Below are positions 39,283-49,582 of a stretch of 64,000 bases of DNA, piece after piece; positions within the stretch are counted from its first letter, which is position 1, and the number at the start of each line of letters is the position of its first letter. The stretch comes from Candidatus Saccharimonadales bacterium (lineage in GTDB: Bacteria; Patescibacteriota; Saccharimonadia; UBA4664; SCTI01): positions 84,034 to 148,033 of the forward strand of contig DATIII010000002.1 in the NCBI GenBank assembly GCA_035479795.1, given 5' to 3'. The translations under genes and the position numbers were made by a program. The notes under the pieces are model-generated. The model was not told the DNA's origin and did no database searches. It was given only the letters and a program-made list of their open reading frames with translations.

Positions 39283-40521
39283 TTAGGGCAGAAACTTTTT
39301 AATGGACTTTCTAAGTCGGTCAACGGTCTGTCCAATTCTAACGTTGGCCTTGTCAGCGGTGTGTAGCGGGGCCACTGTCATATTCTCTAGCATCAGCCCG
39401 ACTGGGGCCGCATAGGCGGGATCACTAACCTTCTCGCTTAGGCCACTCAAGCCCTCTGGCCTCCCGATTAGCACTGGTAGCTTCAATAAATCCTTAGCTA
39501 CATCCTCGATGCCAGGTAAATTAGCGCCGCCACCGGTTAAGACCACCCCTCCCGGGAGCATCCCGTCCTTGCCAATCTTCTTAAACTCACTTCGCACCAT
39601 ATGCAAAATTTCTTCCAGTCGGGCCCTGGCAATACCATAGAGATCCTTCTTAGCCACCACCGACTCATTACCCAATTCCTCGATTTTGAGCTTTTCGTTG
39701 GGATTAACCTTAGCCGTCGTGGCTTTAACGTATTTGAGCTTAATCTTTTCCGCCACTTCGATATCCGTCCGCAGACCAATGGCGATATCGTTAGTAATAT
39801 GCATAGCGCCAACCGGTAGAATACTCGAGTACAGGACCTCCCCCTCCTCGTACACGGCTACCCCAGTAGTGCCACCGCCGATATCGACAACCGCCACGCC
39901 GAGCTCCTTCTGCTTCTTGGTTAATACCGCACTAGCGGCCGCCAACGGGACCAACACTTGGCTTTCAACATCAATACCAGCCTGATAAATGCTGCGGTGG
40001 AGGTTTTTGATAGCCGGAGTAGAGCCAGTCACAATATGAGCTTCCACCTCGAGCTTAATGCCGTTCATGCCCACGGGGTCCTTGATGTTATCCTGACCAT
40101 CTACCGTAAATGAGCGTGGGAAGACCTGGATAATCTCACGATTAGGCGGCAGCTGGACGGTTGAAGCATGCTCCTCGGCGCGCCGGATATCATCAATGGA
40201 TATTTCCTGATCCGCCCGGCCAACCACAATCTCACCTTTGGAATTAATACTTTCCACGTGAGCTCCATCAATGCTGATTGTGGCTCGATCGATTGGTACC
40301 CCCGAGATGCGCTCGGCCTCATCGACGGCCGCCGTTATAGCCGAAACTGTTTCTTCAATGTCGACCACCACACCTTTACGCATACCACTAGTGGGCGCCA
40401 CGCCGACACCGATTACGCTTGGCTGAGCCGCATCTTCTTCCTGCAAACCAACAATGCAGCACACTTTAGTACTGCCAATATCGAGACCTATATAAACATT
40501 TTCTGCTCTGTTGGTTGCCAA
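39283..40521 (-). CDS. ftsA: Cell division protein FtsA
   Basis: GLDIGSTKV, DIGGGTT, LTGGGA and a C-terminal amphipathic helix. TTG start inferred. Confidence 0.96.
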   Translation of the reverse strand: MATNRAENVYIGLDIGSTKVCCIVGLQEEDAAQPSVIGVGVAPTSGMRKGVVVDIEETVSAITAAVDEAERISGVPIDRATISIDGAHVESINSKGEIVVGRADQEISIDDIRRAEEHASTVQLPPNREIIQVFPRSFTVDGQDNIKDPVGMNGIKLEVEAHIVTGSTPAIKNLHRSIYQAGIDVESQVLVPLAAASAVLTKKQKELGVAVVDIGGGTTGVAVYEEGEVLYSSILPVGAMHITNDIAIGLRTDIEVAEKIKLKYVKATTAKVNPNEKLKIEELGNESVVAKKDLYGIARARLEEILHMVRSEFKKIGKDGMLPGGVVLTGGGANLPGIEDVAKDLLKLPVLIGRPEGLSGLSEKVSDPAYAAPVGLMLENMTVAPLHTADKANVRIGQTVDRLRKSIKKFLP

Positions 40522-40577
40522 AAGATTTCTCTGATTCGTCACCTTATTATAGTGCTTGTGCTCTTCTAAAGGCAACC

Positions 40578-41327
40578 TTAGGCGGTTAGGATCTCGGCCG
40601 GACCATCAGTGATTAATACAGTATGTTCGAACTGGGCAGCCAAGCTGCCATCAACAGTGGCATAGGTCCAGCCATCATCAGCCAAGCGCACACGGGGTGA
40701 CCCTAGGGTAGCCATTGGCTCAATGGCTAAGGTCATGCCAGCTTTTAATACCGGTCCAGTGCCAGCGCGACCCAGGTTTGGGATCACTGGATCCTCATGT
40801 AGGCTATGGCCGACACCGTGGCCAATAAGTTCTTCGATTACTCCGAGCCGGCCTTGCCGCAGCACCTTCTCAATGGCTGCCGATATATCACCTACCCGAT
40901 TGCCAGCCGTAGCCTGGGCAATTCCCGCCGACAGGGCCTGGTTGGTTGTGCTTAGTAGCCGCTCTGCGTCGGCGTCCACTGCGCCCACCGGAACAGTCAC
41001 AGTGCCGTCGGTAATCATGCCTTTAAAGGTCACCCCAAAATCCAGACCTACAATGTCACCTTCGGCCAAGACACGGGTCCTGGATGGCAGGCCATGGACC
41101 ACCTCATCATTTATGGAAATACAGATTGTGAATGGGAACCCCTGGTAGCCTTTAAAGGCCGCCTCAGCACCGGCCGCCGCCACTGCCTGGGCCGCCACCG
41201 TATCCAGTTCGGCAGTGGTTACCCCGGGTTTGACAGCCGCTGCAACCTCACGCAAAACCTTAGCTAAAATCTGCCCCCCCTGGCGCATGGCCGCGATCTC
41301 GGTGGCATTTTTAATGGAGACACTCAT
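40578..41327 (-). CDS. map: Methionine aminopeptidase type I
   Basis: CISINDEVVHGLP, GHGVG..LHEDP, EPM, AQFEHTV. Confidence 0.97.
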   Translation of the reverse strand: MSVSIKNATEIAAMRQGGQILAKVLREVAAAVKPGVTTAELDTVAAQAVAAAGAEAAFKGYQGFPFTICISINDEVVHGLPSRTRVLAEGDIVGLDFGVTFKGMITDGTVTVPVGAVDADAERLLSTTNQALSAGIAQATAGNRVGDISAAIEKVLRQGRLGVIEELIGHGVGHSLHEDPVIPNLGRAGTGPVLKAGMTLAIEPMATLGSPRVRLADDGWTYATVDGSLAAQFEHTVLITDGPAEILTA

Positions 41328-41851
41328 AGCGTCGCCTCAAGCAGTTCAAAAACTTCATCTGGCGTTCCCGACCCATCAATTTGCATGAAAACCGGCTGAT
41401 AGTGTTTTAAGACTTGGGCAGTTTCGGTGTCATACCATCTCCGTTTGCGGGCCACGGCCTCAGCCGAATCATCAGCTCGACCACGATGGTCCAGTCGCTG
41501 CTGAGCCACTGCCGGCGGCACAAACACCTCTATAACCCGATCAATCTTGCGCCCGCCTTCGGCCAGCAAGGCGTCCAATCTTTGGGCCTCATTCAGTAAC
41601 CGTGGGAAGCCGTCCAGGACCAAGCCCTCATCAGCTTTGATCGTCCTTAGTTTGGTCGTTACTAGCTCCCAGATAATATCGGTTGGTGCCAAAGCCCCTT
41701 GCTTAACCGCCTCGATCAGCTCCGGCCGGCCGCTACCACGCAGCAGCTCGCCGCTAGAGACTCTCGTCCAACCCTTGGCCGCCGCCAGACGCTTAGCTTG
41801 GTCTGATTTACCGGCTCCGGTCGGCCCCAGTACGACAATTACTGGCGCCAT
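41324..41851 (-). CDS. adk: Adenylate kinase family protein (short, LID-less)
   Basis: GPTGAGKS, SSGELLR, LDGFPR, RGRADD. Confidence 0.85.
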   Translation of the reverse strand: MAPVIVVLGPTGAGKSDQAKRLAAAKGWTRVSSGELLRGSGRPELIEAVKQGALAPTDIIWELVTTKLRTIKADEGLVLDGFPRLLNEAQRLDALLAEGGRKIDRVIEVFVPPAVAQQRLDHRGRADDSAEAVARKRRWYDTETAQVLKHYQPVFMQIDGSGTPDEVFELLEATL

Positions 41852-42210
41852 ACTACACCAAGTACATATGGATAAAAGACGGCCACGCCAATACCCACCG
41901 CACCAATGGCGGCCACCAACACAGCAGCAGCCGCAATATCTTTAATAACTCGAACTTGAGCATTCTCGTCGGGGTGCAACAGATCCAAAGTTTTCTCAAT
42001 AGCGGTGTTAACCACCTCGGCTACAAACACAATGATGATGGCAAAGAATATAGCCGCCAGCTCGGTGTTTGAAATACCCAAGATGACGCTGGCGGATAGC
42101 ACAATAATGGTGGCAAGTAAGTGAAAACGAGCATTACGCTCGGATTTCACAACATGAACTAGACCCTGGAAGGCAGTGTAGAGGCTACGGATAAACTTGA
42201 TTATTCCCAC
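41839..42210 (-). CDS. dgkA: Diacylglycerol/undecaprenol kinase family
   Basis: SERNARFH, EVVNTAIE, KDIAAAAV. Confidence 0.9.
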   Translation of the reverse strand: MGIIKFIRSLYTAFQGLVHVVKSERNARFHLLATIIVLSASVILGISNTELAAIFFAIIIVFVAEVVNTAIEKTLDLLHPDENAQVRVIKDIAAAAVLVAAIGAVGIGVAVFYPYVLGVVWRQ

Positions 42211-42647
42211 TTAAAACTCCGATATTTAAACCCAGCTTGCTTTACGATCCGTCGCTGTAGCTGCTCCATCTCTTTTTGCCCAGGCTCATCTCCGTGGTCA
42301 TAGCCGAGAACATGCAGAATACCATGAGTGGCAAGCAGCGCTACTTCATCTTCCAGTTTTGCCTTCAGCCGAATGGCTTGCCGCCGGGCCGTCTCCAGAC
42401 TGATGGCGATATCCCCCAGCTCACCATCCGTTTCGCCATCTTCCTGGTAATTGAAACTGAGAACGTCAGTGGCATAAGCATTACCGGTATACTGCTTATT
42501 TAAGGCGGTAATTTGGGCGTCGTCAACCAACTTTAAACTGACATTGCCCTCTGGAACCTCAACCATACCCTGTAGGGCTGCCGCGCACCCTAAGACCGCT
42601 GATCGTATTTCATTATCCCAATGGTCAATAAAGGTAACTGTGAACAT
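42201..42647 (-). CDS. ybeY: rRNA maturation factor YbeY
   Basis: TDVLSF, LGDIAIS, HGILHVLGYDH. Confidence 0.95.
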   Translation of the reverse strand: MFTVTFIDHWDNEIRSAVLGCAAALQGMVEVPEGNVSLKLVDDAQITALNKQYTGNAYATDVLSFNYQEDGETDGELGDIAISLETARRQAIRLKAKLEDEVALLATHGILHVLGYDHGDEPGQKEMEQLQRRIVKQAGFKYRSFKWE

Positions 42648-43090
42648 TAAGTCAGCTTGGCTCGAACCAAGCGAGAAACCGTACTGCCGTCGGCCGCGCC
42701 GCCAGCCTCTTTCATTACCGCACCAATCACCACACCTATCTGGGCCAAGCCGCTAGCACCGGTTTCGGCCACGACTTTGTCGACAAGGCTAGCTAGCTCT
42801 TCCTCACTCATTTGCTCGGGCAAATAAGATTCAATAATTGCCAACTCCTGCTGTTCGGCGTCGGCCAAATCACGCCGACCCCCCTTAGTGTATTGGTCGA
42901 TCGAATCCTTACGCTGTTTGGCCTCCCGTTGCAGAACCTTAATGGCCTCGTCGTCACTGAGATCGTGAGCCAGCTTCTTATTCTCGGCCTGCAAACTGTT
43001 TTTGATCAGACGCAATACAGACACCTGATCCGCCACACCATCTTTCATGGCAGTGGCTAGATCGGATTCAATTTGCGAGACGATGGGCAT
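42647..43090 (-). CDS. GatB/YqeY domain protein
   Basis: KQRKDSIDQY, RRDLA, YLPEQMS, ADG. Confidence 0.93.
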   Translation of the reverse strand: MPIVSQIESDLATAMKDGVADQVSVLRLIKNSLQAENKKLAHDLSDDEAIKVLQREAKQRKDSIDQYTKGGRRDLADAEQQELAIIESYLPEQMSEEELASLVDKVVAETGASGLAQIGVVIGAVMKEAGGAADGSTVSRLVRAKLT

Positions 43091-43098
43091 TCAATTTC

Positions 43099-43308
43099 CT
43101 ATCGATATAAAGCAGCCTTGGCTTTGGCGGCTTTTCTAGCGGTTTTTCGAATAGCAATTTCGCGCTGTTCGCGCTTGGTCAGCGGCTTCTCAAAGGCGCG
43201 TTTGCGCCGAGCCACGCCCAAAACACCTGACTGCTGCACCTTCTTGTTAAAGCGGCGAATCAAGTTTTCGAGCGATTCTCTGTCGTCTTTGCGAGTAACC
43301 TGGAGCAG
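43099..43308 (-). CDS. rpsU: 30S ribosomal protein S21 (probable CTG start)
   Basis: QVTRKDDRESLENLIRRFNKKV...FEKP. Precedes yqeY. Confidence 0.9.
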   Translation of the reverse strand: MLQVTRKDDRESLENLIRRFNKKVQQSGVLGVARRKRAFEKPLTKREQREIAIRKTARKAAKAKAALYR

Positions 43309-43404
43309 GTTAATCACCTCCTTACCTAAAAATTGATCCGCTGCCGGAGCGGACCGGTTAGAACTTGGTTAGTATATCTGATTCACACCTGGGGCGCAAT
43401 AATT

Positions 43405-43710
43405 CTAACCTTTAAAGCGAGAGTCACTCATAACGTGAAAGTGAAGGTGGTCCATCTCGATACCCTGAATCAGAACCTTATTGGCTTCAACCAGACCCAG
43501 CGTTTTAATTACCTCCCGTACGGCCATGACCAACTGGCCGGCCAGATTCGGATCGTCCAGCGCATCCAGGTTCTTTATGTGCTGCTTGGGTATAACAAGT
43601 ACATGCAGCCTGGCCTTGGGATGAATATCCTTGAAGGCCACGGCCACGTCGTTTTCCCAAATCAGTTTATCTTTATCAGCCGCAAGTTTACAAAAAAGGC
43701 AATCTTCCAT
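43405..43710 (-). CDS. HIT family nucleotide hydrolase
   Basis: DCLFCK, FKDIHP, HLHFH. Confidence 0.93.
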   Translation of the reverse strand: MEDCLFCKLAADKDKLIWENDVAVAFKDIHPKARLHVLVIPKQHIKNLDALDDPNLAGQLVMAVREVIKTLGLVEANKVLIQGIEMDHLHFHVMSDSRFKG

Positions 43711-43830
43711 GCCTTAAATTATGCCAAACAAGTGCGAAGCCCGCCATTCCTCTGTTTTCAAGAGGACTCGGTGAACCGAGTGGCGGGCTTTTGCAGCCTT
43801 CCGGCAATGGTGTCGGAAAGTTGTGGTGGG

Positions 43831-44079
43831 TCATGCAGCGAAGGGGGCGGACCGAAGCAGTTCGCAGGCTTCGTCGGCATGACCAGGAGCGGCGATGGCT
43901 CGCAGAACGGCGCTTTCGTCGGTAGAGATGGCGCCACGGATGTGACGCAGGCCGTGGTTACAAACCTGGTTCACCAGCTCCAGCTGGACCTTGTCGACCG
44001 TTTCCAGACGAGCCGTGTCGAGCGGGTTGACGATGCGCAGATCACGGACGATCGGGCGCTGATTGGTGCTTCCAGACAT
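43831..44079 (-). CDS. Small hypothetical protein (GC-rich orphan)
   Basis: Purine-rich SD before ATG 44079. TCGACA-17-GATAAT upstream and a hairpin at 43738-43792 downstream. Confidence 0.55.
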   Translation of the reverse strand: MSGSTNQRPIVRDLRIVNPLDTARLETVDKVQLELVNQVCNHGLRHIRGAISTDESAVLRAIAAPGHADEACELLRSAPFAA

Positions 44080-44240
44080 TGACCTTTTCCTTCCATGAAT
44101 CGGTCGTTTGTGGGACACCTAAATTATCTTATAGCATAAGCGTTTTGTCGAGTTGTTTTCTCGAATAAATTATGTCGATGTAACAAAAAGGCCCCAGCCG
44201 CCGAATGGCGGCCAGAGCCGATTTGGTGTGAGATTTTCAG

Positions 44241-44594
44241 CTAGGTGATGATCGCCCGCTGCCGGTTCGGCGCCCGCCGGATGACCGGCGGCTGGCGATC
44301 GGGCTGTGACATCTTCGGCGGTGTCACCGGCGCCTGCTCGCGGATGAACCGCCAGACGCACCTTATGGCAACGTAGAACACCGGATCCTTCGCCCTCCGG
44401 CAGCCCCGGTCGCCGTAGTTCAGCACCCGAATCTTCAGCCGATCGAAGTCACGATCTGCCACCAGCTGGCTGGCATCATGCGAGTCCTCGCCGAAGTGCT
44501 TGGCCAGGAAGATCATGCCCACACGGGCCAGATGCTCCTGACGGCGCAGTCGAGTGGTCAACTCGAGGCTGTAAGCCGGCTTGGACGCCTTCAC
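44241..44594 (-). CDS. Basic hypothetical protein (GC-rich orphan)
   Basis: GTGA overlap with the upstream ORF. Hairpin and T-run at about 44186-44215. Confidence 0.6.
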   Translation of the reverse strand: MKASKPAYSLELTTRLRRQEHLARVGMIFLAKHFGEDSHDASQLVADRDFDRLKIRVLNYGDRGCRRAKDPVFYVAIRCVWRFIREQAPVTPPKMSQPDRQPPVIRRAPNRQRAIIT

Positions 44595-44827
44595 GCCGCC
44601 ACCAGCTTCTTGGCTCGCCGGGCCTCCGCCTCCTGACGGTGGCGCCGGTCCCTGGCATCGCTGGCCTTCCGGCGAAACATGCGCTTGAGCGCCATCTTGT
44701 TGGGCAGGCAGCGGCTGTTCTGGATGTGGCGCAGGGCATTGTCCAGGTTCGCCGTATCTGCGAGCTGACTCTCAGTCAGGCCCAAGGCGGTGAGGATGCC
44801 ATCGAACTGCTCGTTAATTTTTGCCAT
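44591..44827 (-). CDS. Small basic hypothetical protein (GC-rich orphan)
   Basis: GAGGAG SD. TTGACA-17-CATAAT promoter at 44914-44886. Confidence 0.7.
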   Translation of the reverse strand: MAKINEQFDGILTALGLTESQLADTANLDNALRHIQNSRCLPNKMALKRMFRRKASDARDRRHRQEAEARRAKKLVAA

Positions 44828-44925
44828 CTCTCCTCAGAAATGGTCGCTGGATAGGGACTGGTCTCACACCATGTAAGACTTAAGGATTATGGCCATAAAT
44901 GACAATTATGTCAATATGAATTATA

Positions 44926-44949
44926 AAAGTGCCTTAGCATAGGCACTTT
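44926..44949. terminator. Intrinsic terminator
   Basis: AAAGTGCCT-TAGCAT-AGGCACTTT. Confidence 0.7.
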
Positions 44950-45214
44950 AACTGCTCGGCGTGGTGGCTTTTAGGCTATGAGTGAGATAAACAAAGAAAT
45001 TATAGATATCCATGACAAAGTGCCGTAATACCGGGATGATAAAGGGCAGCAGTACGATGACAATGATCAGAGCCAACCAGCTATGCCGTACCAATGCAAT
45101 CAAAGCGCCAATCAGTCCGATAAGCACAAATAAAGTGACTAGCCACTGCAGCGGCGCTGGGAAGAATCCCAGAAACTGGTTATAAGCACTGACTAGAAAG
45201 TCGTAGAGATTCAC
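44948..45214 (-). CDS. Small membrane protein
   Basis: Hydrophobic helices. Overlaps the SPFH stop codon. Confidence 0.7.
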   Translation of the reverse strand: MNLYDFLVSAYNQFLGFFPAPLQWLVTLFVLIGLIGALIALVRHSWLALIIVIVLLPFIIPVLRHFVMDIYNFFVYLTHSLKATTPSS

Positions 45215-45969
45215 TTAGCCGGCTTCTCCGATTCAACAAAGGCTTGGACACTTTTAAAGGTATCCATGAATTGATTCGGAAAGATTATGGTTGAGTTCTT
45301 TTCGACCGCGATTTCTGAGAGCACCTGCAAATTTCGCAGCTGCAAAGCAATTGGATGAGCTGCGATGATGTCGGCCGCCTGCCCAAGCTTGGCTGCACTT
45401 TGGAACTCACCATCGGCCGCAATCACCTTGGCTCGCTTTTCGCGTTCAGCCTCGGCTTGCTTGGCCATGGCCCGCTGCATGCTCTCGGGCAGCTGGATAT
45501 CCTTCAGCTCCACGACGTTAATAACTACACCCCAAACCTCGGTCTGGGAATCTAAAATCTTTTTAATACTCACATTAATTTTTTCAGTACTACTTAGCAC
45601 ATCGTCTAAATCTGATTGACCGATAACATTACGCACTGTTGTCTGAGCGATCTGATTAATAGCGATGGCCACATCTTGGATCTCTACCAGGGACTTAGTC
45701 GGATCGCTGACACGGTAGTAGGCCACGGCTGCCACGTCGATGGAAACATTATCTTTGGTAATGATATTCTGCGACTGGATGGGCATGGTTTGAATCCGCA
45801 TATTCACCTTTTTGAGCACGTCGATGATCGGGATGATCAAGCGCAGACCAGGCTGCTTAACCCCGCTCCGCACCCGCCCTAGACGAAACACCACTCCCCG
45901 CTCGTATTGCTGAACAATTCGTACGCCGGTGAGCAATATAATGATGACAATAAAAACCAGGAATTCCAT
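45211..45969 (-). CDS. SPFH/stomatin-like (slipin) protein
   Basis: [32 protein letters not shown]. Confidence 0.95.
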   Translation of the reverse strand: MEFLVFIVIIILLTGVRIVQQYERGVVFRLGRVRSGVKQPGLRLIIPIIDVLKKVNMRIQTMPIQSQNIITKDNVSIDVAAVAYYRVSDPTKSLVEIQDVAIAINQIAQTTVRNVIGQSDLDDVLSSTEKINVSIKKILDSQTEVWGVVINVVELKDIQLPESMQRAMAKQAEAEREKRAKVIAADGEFQSAAKLGQAADIIAAHPIALQLRNLQVLSEIAVEKNSTIIFPNQFMDTFKSVQAFVESEKPAK

Positions 45970-46027
45970 CGCAGACCTCACGGTTAACTGCTAGCTATTA
46001 TGCGCTTTCGCCAAGCCTAAGGCAAAA

Positions 46028-47299
46028 TTAGGAACTAAATCGCTGCTGCAATTCGGCGGCAATCGTCCCCAGGGGCAACATTTCCTGTGCTCCCGAGCGC
46101 ATATCGCGCAAGATAACGGTTTCCTCCTTGACCTCTTTTTGGCCAATGATAATGGCATAAGGCACGTCTAACTTGTTAGCGCGCTCGAGCTGTCCGCCAA
46201 TGCCATCTTTATCTACCGCCCCAACTACGCCCACACCAGCATCAAGCAAGCGCTCAATCAAGGCAAAAGCGCTCAGCCGAGCCGGCTCACCGAGGCTGGC
46301 CACATAAACCTGTACGGGTTGCGGTTCTGGGATTTCAATCCCCTCTCCTTTAAGCTCAATCAGCACCCGCTCAACCCCGATGCCAAAGCCGGCTGCCGGA
46401 GTAGGCCGCCCGCCCAGGAGCTGCACTAGCTCATCGTAGCGACCACCGCCACCCAAACTAGACTGAGCACCTTCGCGCTCGCCGTAAAATTCGAACACGG
46501 TCCTGGTATAGTAATCCAGGCCGCGAACCAGCTGCGGATTAAGCTCGTAGGCAATCTCCAAATTATCGAGATATTCCAATACGCCCGTAAAGTGTTGGTG
46601 ACAGGCCTCGCAAAGGTGGTTTAGCGTCTGTGGGGCTCCCGCCACTAGCTTGCGGCAACCCTTGTCTTTGCAGTCGAGGATGCGCAACGGGTTTTTCTTG
46701 AGCCGCTTCTGACAGTCTTCACACAGGTCTTTCTTATGCTCGGTAAAGTACTCCACCAGGGCCTTCTGATATTTGGGCCGGCAAACCTTATCACCAATAC
46801 TATTAATTTGCAGACTGACCCGGCGTAAACCAAGCGTTCGGTAATAACGCAGGGCTAGGGTGATGATCTGAGCGTCAATACTGGGAGCGGCCTCACCAAT
46901 AACTTCCACGTCCACCTGGGTAAACTGGCGCTGCCGGCCGGCCTGAGGGCGGTCATAGCGAAACATTGGCCCCGAAGTTTGTAGCCGCACTGGCTGGGGT
47001 AGGCTAGCCATGCCGTGCTGGATGTAAGCTCGGACTATCCCGGCCGTCGGCTCCGGACGCAGGGCCAAATCATTATCAGAACGGTCTTTGAGCACATACA
47101 TCTCTTTGTCGACGATGTCAGTATCATCCCCGACACCCCGGACAAACACGGCCTTATCTTCTAGCGTCGGCGTATCTATAACATCGTAACCAGCCGCATC
47201 TGCTAGTTGGCGAAAGGTGGTTATGGCATACCGATATCCGACCTGATCTTCTGGCAGGACATCCGGCATCCCTCTGACATTCTGGAATTGCTTAGCCAC
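46028..47299 (-). CDS. hisS: Histidine--tRNA ligase
   Basis: LRPEPTA, FRYDRPQAGRQRQF, LVRGLDYY, GGGRYD. Confidence 0.98.
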   Translation of the reverse strand: MAKQFQNVRGMPDVLPEDQVGYRYAITTFRQLADAAGYDVIDTPTLEDKAVFVRGVGDDTDIVDKEMYVLKDRSDNDLALRPEPTAGIVRAYIQHGMASLPQPVRLQTSGPMFRYDRPQAGRQRQFTQVDVEVIGEAAPSIDAQIITLALRYYRTLGLRRVSLQINSIGDKVCRPKYQKALVEYFTEHKKDLCEDCQKRLKKNPLRILDCKDKGCRKLVAGAPQTLNHLCEACHQHFTGVLEYLDNLEIAYELNPQLVRGLDYYTRTVFEFYGEREGAQSSLGGGGRYDELVQLLGGRPTPAAGFGIGVERVLIELKGEGIEIPEPQPVQVYVASLGEPARLSAFALIERLLDAGVGVVGAVDKDGIGGQLERANKLDVPYAIIIGQKEVKEETVILRDMRSGAQEMLPLGTIAAELQQRFSS

Positions 47300-47400
47300 T
47301 AATCACCCACTTCATAAAACTTGTTCCAAGCTACCACGGCGACGCTTAGCGCGCAACCAATCGCTCATTTGATTTTTGAACACAAAACTTATACAAAAAT

Positions 47401-49575
47401 TCACTTTCGCGTCCGTGGAAGGCCTGCTCGTTCAACCGAAACGATATCCCGACTAGCAGATAGTTTCGACGTTAGTTCGCTCAGATAAAAAGCATCACTA
47501 ATCTGTAAAATCACCTCGATCAAAGCCAATTTGGGGTCATCCGGATCATCAAATGTAGAAATTTTTACAATGTTTGTACCGTGAGCGGCTATCACGCCAG
47601 TCAGGTCATGAACTATGCCTAACCGGTTAAAAACCTGGATTTTTAAGCCCACCTCTAAGCTCCCTGGGCGAGCAGTTTGCTCCCAACCACAGTCTACCAA
47701 CCGATCCAATTCATCGGGCAGATTTGCACAATCCGCTTGATGGACGGTGATGCCACTGCCGCGGGTAATATAGCCAACTAGGGCCGCTGGGGGCTGCGGA
47801 TTGCAGCATGCAGCGGCCACACATGGCAGCTCTGGAGCTCCCAGGACGTACATCCGGCCAGTTGGCACCACCGCTAGAGGCTTTTTAAGCGGTTGCCCTA
47901 CGGACACAGGCAGGAGACGCCGAAGAGCGGTGCTCAGCTGCACACTCCCGTCACCGATAGCCGCGAACAGAGCGGACGCGTCCTTTAAATTAAAACTCTC
48001 GACGGTTTTCTTAATAACCGCTGAGTCGATATCCTCTAGCTTTTTATAGCCCCAAGCCGGTAGCTGCGCTTCAATTAGCTCACGGCCAGTAACTTGGTTA
48101 GTCTCACGACTGGCAGCCCGAAACCAAGCCTTAATTTTTGCTCGCGCTGAGGCGGTTTTGGCAATCCCCACCCAGTGCCGGCTGGGCTGCGCCACTTTAC
48201 GCGTTAAAACCTCAACTACATCGCGATTGCCTAGCGGTCGATCTAGCGGGGTAATCCGTCCATTTACTTTGGCACCCATCGTGCGCAAACCCACGTCGGT
48301 GTGAATAGCAAAGGCGAAGTCCAGCGGCGTGGCGCCCTCGGGCAAGTCGTATAAGTCACCCTTGGGAGAGAATACAAAGATACGATCGCGAAAGAAGTCG
48401 ACTTTGAGATTTTCCATCAACTCCGGAGCTTCTTCAGCCTGGGCGGTAACACCAGCCAATTCACTAATCCACAACAGCTTAGAGTCCTTTAACGCAGCCT
48501 CCCTAGCGCGATAACCTTTGCTGCCTTTGTGTAAGTTGTAAATGGCGTGAGCGGCCAACCCTCTTTCTGCCTCTTCATGCATCTGCGGAGTGCGGATTTG
48601 GATTTCAATAATCCGGCCATCAACGGCAAAGACGGTGGTATGAAGGCTGTGATAGCCATTAGGCTTGGGTACGGCAATGTAATCTTTAATGCGATAGATT
48701 AGCGGCTTGTAGTGCTGATGCAGTAAGCCTAATACTTGGTAACAATCCGCCACCTCCGGGACAATGATGCGCAAGGCCATCAGGTCATAAATCTTGGTAA
48801 TGTCGCCATCTGCCTTGGCCAATTTACGATAAATGCTCAATAAATGTTTGCGGCGACCATGGACGGAAACCACCTCAATGTCGGCCTGCTCGAGGACGTG
48901 CTGGACAATCGTAGTCAGTCTCTGCAGATAAGTCTCGGACTCTTTAATATGGTCAGCCACCAGTCGCTTCACCAGATTGTAGCCCTGGGGATTGGCGTAC
49001 GCAAAGGCCAGATCCTCAATCTCCGCCTTCAGCACCCCCATTCCCAACCGGTCAGCCAAAGGCGCAAAAATGTCGAGGCTCTCCTGAGCAATTCGTTGGC
49101 GATCGGCCAGTGCTAGATACTCCAGGGTTAGTAAATTGTGCCGTCGGTCGGCCAGTTTAATCATAATTACTCGTAGATCGCTCGACATGGCGATTAACAA
49201 CTTACGGACATTCTCGGTACTGGCAGCCTGGCGAGCATCAATCGTATCGGTTGGCGCATAGTCAATCTGGCCGATCTTGGTGACGCCTTCAACCAAACTG
49301 GCCACCGGCTCACCGAATTCTTGCATCAGTTGCTGGTAGGTCACAGTCGTATCCTCAATCGTGTCGTGCAGCAAAGCTCCCATCACCGCCTCTTCATCCA
49401 CACCCATCTCAATCAAGTACTCAGCCACTGCTATGGGATGCGTTATATAGGGCTGCCCGCTGCGTCTAACCTGACCCTTGTGGGCGGTGTGCGCATAGGC
49501 CAGCGCCGCCATAATTCGCTGCTGCGCATACCGGCTGTAGCCCTTAAGCTTCGACTTGGGTATGGTGGCTTTCAC
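47401..49575 (-). CDS. relA: Long RelA/SpoT homolog (HD, synthetase, TGS, ACT)
   Basis: RRSGQPYITHP, LLHDTIED, KDYIAVPKPNGYHSLHT, EIQIRT, DFAFAIHT. Confidence 0.95.
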   Translation of the reverse strand: MKATIPKSKLKGYSRYAQQRIMAALAYAHTAHKGQVRRSGQPYITHPIAVAEYLIEMGVDEEAVMGALLHDTIEDTTVTYQQLMQEFGEPVASLVEGVTKIGQIDYAPTDTIDARQAASTENVRKLLIAMSSDLRVIMIKLADRRHNLLTLEYLALADRQRIAQESLDIFAPLADRLGMGVLKAEIEDLAFAYANPQGYNLVKRLVADHIKESETYLQRLTTIVQHVLEQADIEVVSVHGRRKHLLSIYRKLAKADGDITKIYDLMALRIIVPEVADCYQVLGLLHQHYKPLIYRIKDYIAVPKPNGYHSLHTTVFAVDGRIIEIQIRTPQMHEEAERGLAAHAIYNLHKGSKGYRAREAALKDSKLLWISELAGVTAQAEEAPELMENLKVDFFRDRIFVFSPKGDLYDLPEGATPLDFAFAIHTDVGLRTMGAKVNGRITPLDRPLGNRDVVEVLTRKVAQPSRHWVGIAKTASARAKIKAWFRAASRETNQVTGRELIEAQLPAWGYKKLEDIDSAVIKKTVESFNLKDASALFAAIGDGSVQLSTALRRLLPVSVGQPLKKPLAVVPTGRMYVLGAPELPCVAAACCNPQPPAALVGYITRGSGITVHQADCANLPDELDRLVDCGWEQTARPGSLEVGLKIQVFNRLGIVHDLTGVIAAHGTNIVKISTFDDPDDPKLALIEVILQISDAFYLSELTSKLSASRDIVSVERAGLPRTRK

Positions 49576-49582
49576 AGCGCAC

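Noticed and set aside
43333-44082. 249-aa plus-strand ORF
   Set aside because: It lies antisense to the HIT gene and runs through a terminator-like hairpin and another ORF.
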